DNA of 31,828 nucleotides from an uncultured bacterium (GTDB lineage Bacteria; Lernaellota; Lernaellaia; Lernaellales; Lernaellaceae): NCBI GenBank assembly GCA_964534375.1, contig CAZHPN010000058.1, positions 1 to 31,828 of the forward strand, read 5' to 3'. Shown piece by piece: positions 26,909 to 31,828 of this stretch (position 1 is its first letter; each line of letters starts with the position of its first letter). The notes under the pieces were generated by a model. It saw only the letters and a program-made list of their open reading frames with translations, ran no database searches and was not told where the DNA came from. The position numbers and the translations under genes were made by a program.

Positions 26909-27682
26909 ATGGGCAACCTGATCGCCATCACCGGCAAGGGCGGCACAGGCAAGACCACCATCGCGGCCTTGCTGATCGGCCGCCTGCTCGCGCACGGCCG
27001 CCGGCCGGTGCTCGCGGTCGACGCCGACCCGAATTCCTGCCTCGCCGCGGCGCTGGGCGTGCAGGCGACCAAAAGCGTCGGCGCCGTTCGCGAGGAGGCG
27101 CGCGAGATCGCCGGCAAGGGCCTCGCCGCCGGCATCGCGAAACAGGAACTGCTCGAACTCAAGATCGCCGAGTGCCTGGTCGAAGCCGACGACTTCGACC
27201 TGATCGCGATGGGCCGCCCCGAGGGGCCGGGCTGCTATTGCTACGCCAACAGCGTGCTCAAGGCCACGCTGGCGCACGTGGCCGCGCAATATCCCTATGT
27301 CGTGCTCGACAACGAGGCGGGCCTCGAAAACGTCTCGCGCCGCCTCGCCCCGAAGATCGATCTGCTGCTCATCGTCGCCGATTCCTCGCGCGGCGGGCTG
27401 GAAACCGTCCGGCGGCTGCACGGCCTGGCGCGCGAAATGAACATCGAGTACAGCCGCCTGGGGTTGATCGTCAATCGCCTGGACGGCCCGGCGATTCCCG
27501 CGGGAGCGCTCGAACTGCAAGCGGCGATCGCGGCAAATTTCGTGCTCGGCCTGCCGGAAGACCGCGAACTCAAGGCCTGCAACGAAGCCGGCGGCAGCTT
27601 GCTGGCGCTGGCGGCGCACAATTCGACCGCGAAAGCGCTCGACGCGATGTGGCCGATCGCCGGCCCGACGGGTGACGCATAG
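26909..27682 (+). CDS. acsF: CooC2/AcsF-type nickel-insertion ATPase for acetyl-CoA synthase
   Basis: GKGGTGKTT, DADPN, MGRPEGPGCYC and DNEAGLE..SRR. Confidence 0.82.
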   Translation: MGNLIAITGKGGTGKTTIAALLIGRLLAHGRRPVLAVDADPNSCLAAALGVQATKSVGAVREEAREIAGKGLAAGIAKQELLELKIAECLVEADDFDLIAMGRPEGPGCYCYANSVLKATLAHVAAQYPYVVLDNEAGLENVSRRLAPKIDLLLIVADSSRGGLETVRRLHGLAREMNIEYSRLGLIVNRLDGPAIPAGALELQAAIAANFVLGLPEDRELKACNEAGGSLLALAAHNSTAKALDAMWPIAGPTGDA

Positions 27683-29632
27683 ATGGCCAAAATCCGGAAA
27701 GAAATCGCCGATCGCGCCTGCGACATCGCCTCGCTCGAAACCCTGGCGAAGGCGGAGCGCGACGGCGTCGAGACCTGCTTTGCGCGGATGGACGCGCAGG
27801 AAACGCAGTGCGGCTTCGGGCTCGGCGGCGTCTGCTGCCGCATCTGCCACATGGGGCCGTGCCGCATCACCAAGAAAGCGCCGCGCGGCGTTTGCGGCGC
27901 CGACGCCGACACGATCGTAGCCCGCAATTTTCTGCGCGAGGTGGTCGGCGGCGTCGCGGCCCACTCCGATCACGGCCGCCATCTGGCGTTGCTGCTGAAG
28001 CAGGTCGCGCTGGGGCGCGCGCCGGTTCAGGAGATTCGCGACGAGCCGGCCCTGCGCCGCGCCGCGCGGTGGTACGGCATTGACGAGGCGGGGCGCGACA
28101 CTTCGGCCGTGGCGCTCGATCTGGCCGACCTGATGCTCGCGGAATTCACCGCGCAGGAAACGCCGCTGCTGACGCTGGCGCTTGCGCCCGTGAAGCAGCA
28201 GACCGTCTGGCAGGCGCAGGACATCGCGCCGGCGGGGATCGACCGCACGGTGGTCGAGTCGATGCACCGCACGCATATGGGCGTCGATCACGATTACCGC
28301 AGCCTTCTCCTGCAAGCGTTCCGCACCTCGTTGGCCGACGGCTGGGGCGGCTCGCGCCTCGCCACGACGATCTCCGACATTCTCTTCGGCACGCCGGCGC
28401 CGATCCGCAGCCAGGCCAACCTCGGCGTGCTCGGCGCGGACACGGTGAACATCGTCGTCCACGGCCATGAGCCCGAGTTGTCGGAGATGCTGGCCATCGC
28501 GGCCCGCGAGCCGGAAACGCTCGCCGCGGCGCGCGCGGCCGGCGCGGCGGGCGTCACCCTGGCCGGCATCTGCTGCACGGCCAACGAGATCCTGATGCGG
28601 CATGGCATTCCCGTCGCCGGCAATTTTTTGCAGCAGGAGTTGGCCGTCGTCACCGGCGCCGTCGAACTGATGTTGATCGACGTGCAATGCTGCATGCCGA
28701 GCCTGCCGCAGGTGGCCGCGGCGTATCACACCGAGATCGTCTCGACCACGCCCATCGCCAAGACCGTCGGCGCGGTGCACCTGCCGCTCGATCCGCGCGA
28801 TCCGCTCGGCGCGGCCCGCCGGCTCATCGCGCGGGCGATCGACAACTTCAAGAATCGCGATCCGCACAAGGTCGCGATCCCGCCGACGTCGCGGCAACTC
28901 GTCGCCGGCTTCAGCGTGCACGCCATCAAACGGATGCTCGGCGGCCGGTTCCGCGCCTCGTTCCGCCCGCTCAACGACGCCGTGATGCAGAACCGCATTC
29001 GCGGCGTCGCGGCGCTCGTCGGCTGCAACAACCCGAAGACCAAACTCGACGCCTACATCAACGCCCTGACGCGCGAACTGGTGCGGCAGAACGTGCTGGT
29101 GCTCGAAACCGGCTGCGCGGCGATCGCCTCGGCGAAGGACGGCATGCTCACGCCCGAGGCCGCGTTGGCGGCGGCGGGGCCGGGCCTGCGCGAGGTCTGC
29201 GAGGCCGTCGGCATGCCGCCGGTGCTGCACATGGGCAGTTGCGTCGACAACTCCCGCCTGCTCGAAGCCGGCACGGAGATCGTGCGCGAAGGCGGCCTGG
29301 GCGACGACCTTTCGCAGCTCCCGATCGTCGGCGTCGCGCCGGAATGGATGAGCGAGAAGGCCATCGCCATCGCCTGCTATTTCGTCGCCTCGGGCATCGA
29401 CGTCATCCTCGGCCACCCGTTTCACATTTCGGGCTCGGAGAACGTCAGCCGCTTCCTGAACGAGGAAGCGCGCGAATTGTTCGGCGCCTCGTTCCACGTT
29501 TGCGAAACGCCGGAAGCGGCGGCCGCGAAGATCATGGAGCTGCTGCAGGCGTCGCGCGAAAAGCTGGGCATCAACCGCAAGCAAGAGCGCAAGCTGTATG
29601 ACATGAAGGACCGGAGAGAGGCCAATGTCTAA
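27683..29632 (+). CDS. cooS: Anaerobic Ni-Fe carbon monoxide dehydrogenase catalytic subunit (CooS/AcsA)
   Basis: D/B-cluster CGFG...CCRICHMGPC...GVCG. The C-cluster ligand motifs HGHEP, GICCT, DVQCC, VGCNN, TGCA, GSCVD and EWMSEKA are all present. Confidence 0.95.
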   Translation: MAKIRKEIADRACDIASLETLAKAERDGVETCFARMDAQETQCGFGLGGVCCRICHMGPCRITKKAPRGVCGADADTIVARNFLREVVGGVAAHSDHGRHLALLLKQVALGRAPVQEIRDEPALRRAARWYGIDEAGRDTSAVALDLADLMLAEFTAQETPLLTLALAPVKQQTVWQAQDIAPAGIDRTVVESMHRTHMGVDHDYRSLLLQAFRTSLADGWGGSRLATTISDILFGTPAPIRSQANLGVLGADTVNIVVHGHEPELSEMLAIAAREPETLAAARAAGAAGVTLAGICCTANEILMRHGIPVAGNFLQQELAVVTGAVELMLIDVQCCMPSLPQVAAAYHTEIVSTTPIAKTVGAVHLPLDPRDPLGAARRLIARAIDNFKNRDPHKVAIPPTSRQLVAGFSVHAIKRMLGGRFRASFRPLNDAVMQNRIRGVAALVGCNNPKTKLDAYINALTRELVRQNVLVLETGCAAIASAKDGMLTPEAALAAAGPGLREVCEAVGMPPVLHMGSCVDNSRLLEAGTEIVREGGLGDDLSQLPIVGVAPEWMSEKAIAIACYFVASGIDVILGHPFHISGSENVSRFLNEEARELFGASFHVCETPEAAAAKIMELLQASREKLGINRKQERKLYDMKDRREANV

Positions 29633-31463
29633 GCTCATCTGCGGCAGCGCCATCGACGGCGCGATCGCCTGGGCCGCGCAGGCCGAAGCCAAGCTTGCCG
29701 CCGCCATCGCCCAATGCGGCGAAGCGCACCCGGTCGCCTTTCCCAACACCGCCTACTCGCTGCCGGTGATCTACTCGTTCACGGGCGAAAAGGTCCGGAC
29801 GCTCGGCGAACTGCGGCCGATCCTGCGGCGCGCGAAAGCGTTGCTGCCGCCGCGGCCGAGCGCCGACGTCTGGCTGCCGTACCTCGGCGACGCGCTCGAA
29901 GCGGGCGTGGCGGCGCTGTTCAGTTGCGAGATCATCGAGGCCTGCAAGACCGTCATCGGGCCGCCGCCGGTCGACGGCATCTGGCTCGGCGCCGCCGACG
30001 ACGTGATCATGCGCGAGCGCGGCCTCGAATTCGTCGACGGCACGGCGCCGGGCTTCGCCGCGGTCACCGGCGCGGCGCCGACCAACGCAATCGCCGTGCG
30101 GATCGCCCGCGAACTGCAGGAAAAGAACATTTACGTCTTCATGGGCGGCGGCACGGACGGCCGGCAGTTCGCCGAGCAATTGGCCGCGGAAGGCGTGCAA
30201 CTCGGCTGGGAAACGCGCCTCGTGCCGTTCGGCCGCGACGTCTCGGCGCTGATCTACGCCCTCGGCTTCGCCAATCGCGCCGCGCTCTCGTTCGGCGGCG
30301 TGCAGCCCGGCGATTACGAACGCAACCTGCGCTACAACAAGAACCGCATCTTCGCCTTCGTGCTGACCTTCGGCGAGGTCACGCCCGACAAGTACGCCGT
30401 CGCCGCCGGCGCGATGAATTACGGTTTCCCGGTGATCGCCGACACCGCGATTCCGGAAATCCTGCCGACCGGCATTTGCACCTACGAGCATGTGGTCTCG
30501 CGCGTGCCGCACGCGACGATGGTCGAACGGGCGCTCGAGGTGCGCGGCTGCAAGGTGAAGATCGCCAAGGTGCCGATCCCCGTGCCGTACGGGCCGGCCT
30601 TCGAAGGCGAGCGCATTCGCAAAGCCGACGTGCAGGTCGAGTTCGGCGGCAATATCACACCGGCCTTCGAATTCGTGACGTCGGCCGAGCTCGATCAAAT
30701 CAACGACGGCGAAATCGCCATCGTCGGCCCGGACATCGACGCGGCGCCGCCCGGCAGCGCCTTGCCGCTGGCGATCTGGGTCGAGGTCGCCGGCCGCAAG
30801 ATGCAGCCCGATTTCGAACCGATTCTCGAACGGCAGATTCATCACCTCGTCAACGGCGCCGAAGGCATCTGGCACATGGGCCAGCGCGACATCGTCTGGA
30901 CGCGCGTCAGCAAGAACGCCTTCAACAAGGGATTCCGCCTGCGTCATTACGGCGAAATCCTGCACGCCAAACTCATCAACGAATATCCGGCCATCGTGGA
31001 CAAGGTTAAAGTGACCTTGATCACCGACGCCGCCGAAGTGGAACGGCGCGTGGCCAGCGCCCGTAAAATCTATGTCGAACGCAACAAGCGGCTGGAATCG
31101 ATGACCGACGAATCGGTCGAGACATTCTATAGCTGCCTGCTTTGCCAGTCCTTTGCGCCCAATCACGTTTGCGTCATCACGCCGGAACGGCTGGGCTTGT
31201 GCGGCGCTTATAACTGGCTGGATGGCAAAGCCGCTCACGAAATCGACGAGACCGGCCCCAATCAGCCGGTGGTCAAAGGCGCCTGCCTGGATCCCGTGCG
31301 TGGCGTTTGGGAAGGCGTCAACGAATTCGTCTACAAGAATTCGCACAAGGCGATCAGTTCCTTTACCGCCGCTCTCCGGCCCGGACGCATGATTGATTTT
31401 ACCGTACGCGCTCATCCGCCATTCCGATCCGCAATTGTGTTTAAGTTGCCGCAAGCTTTCTAA
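29625..31463 (+). pseudogene. acsB: Acetyl-CoA synthase (AcsB), C-terminally truncated at about 31370
   Basis: FPNTAYSLP and the Fe-S ligands YSCLLCQSFAPNHVCVITPERLGLCG are present. Homology stops after SHKAISSFTA, the PMTSCGCFE motif is absent, and the tail is unrelated. The product is 612 aa versus about 700-730 typical. Confidence 0.8.
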
Positions 31464-31570
31464 AATAATCCATGCTGAGGGCGGAGAACGAGACGGACAA
31501 AATAGGAAAGCCCCCTTCCTTCTTCGATAAAAAAGGGAGCGCCGGGAAAAAAACCGGACTAATTGAAGCC

Positions 31571-31586
31571 CCCCGCAGCTGCGGGG
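31571..31586. repeat. Perfect 16-bp palindrome immediately after the hcp stop (terminator/REP-like)
   Basis: CCCCGCAGCTGCGGGG abuts the TGA of the minus-strand gene. Confidence 0.55.
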
Positions 31587-31828
31587 TCAGCGAGCTTTAG
31601 GGTCCAGGATTGCCGCAAGGTCCTGTTCGACGGTTGAAATCGGCTTAAGATCGAAATTCCTGACAAGAAAATCAAGAATGTTCGGCGAGATGAACGCCGG
31701 CAGCGTTGGCCCGATCCTGATTCCCCGTATCCCCAGCGAAAGAAGCGACAGCAGGATCACCACCGCTTTCTGTTCGTACCACGAAAGGATCATCGACAGG
31801 GGCAGATCGTTTACGCAGCAGGAAAACG
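31587..31828 (-). CDS. hcp: Hybrid-cluster protein (hydroxylamine reductase), 3' end only; runs off the window
   Basis: The frame is open to the window edge. VNDLPLSMILSWYEQKAVVILLSLLSLG...GPTLPAFISP is the HCP C-terminal signature. Confidence 0.9.
   Translation of the reverse strand, partial: FSCCVNDLPLSMILSWYEQKAVVILLSLLSLGIRGIRIGPTLPAFISPNILDFLVRNFDLKPISTVEQDLAAILDPKAR

Noticed and set aside
26774..31454. 991-aa and 627-aa minus-strand ORFs
   Set aside because: They are antisense shadows of acsF, cooS and acsB with no recognisable motifs.

Overview
GC-rich bacterial DNA, probably from an anaerobe given its Wood-Ljungdahl genes. (1) 89-14977 and 18847-20900 form a tightly coupled + strand surface-glycan cluster. 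It holds a Wzx flippase, a Wzy/WaaL-like membrane protein, GT4, GT9 and GT2 glycosyltransferases, a GT4-phosphoglycosyltransferase fusion, two SAM methyltransferases, a radical SAM/SPASM-twitch enzyme, a FemAB-like GNAT and a DegT aminotransferase. (2) A three-gene block (15024-18776) interrupts this cluster: a membrane-anchored TPR protein and two tandem SEC-C/Xre-MbcA-like paralogs. The paralogs have about 92-93% nucleotide identity at both ends but strongly diverged cores; this is the best candidate for an undescribed system. (3) Next come proC, an orphan ParA lacking the Soj DNA-binding arginines, a lower-GC SGNH membrane protein and several short REP-like hairpin or tandem repeats. (4) 25043-31463 is an operon of a MesB-like core-MetE methionine synthase, cooC, acsF-like cooC2, cooS/acsA and acsB. 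acsB changes codon usage near 30900 and breaks off at about 31370, before the essential Cys-Gly-Cys nickel ligands. It is followed by lower-GC DNA with the 3' end of hcp, reflecting either a real rearrangement or a chimeric assembly. All assignments rest on motif recognition and hand counts; no searches were run.
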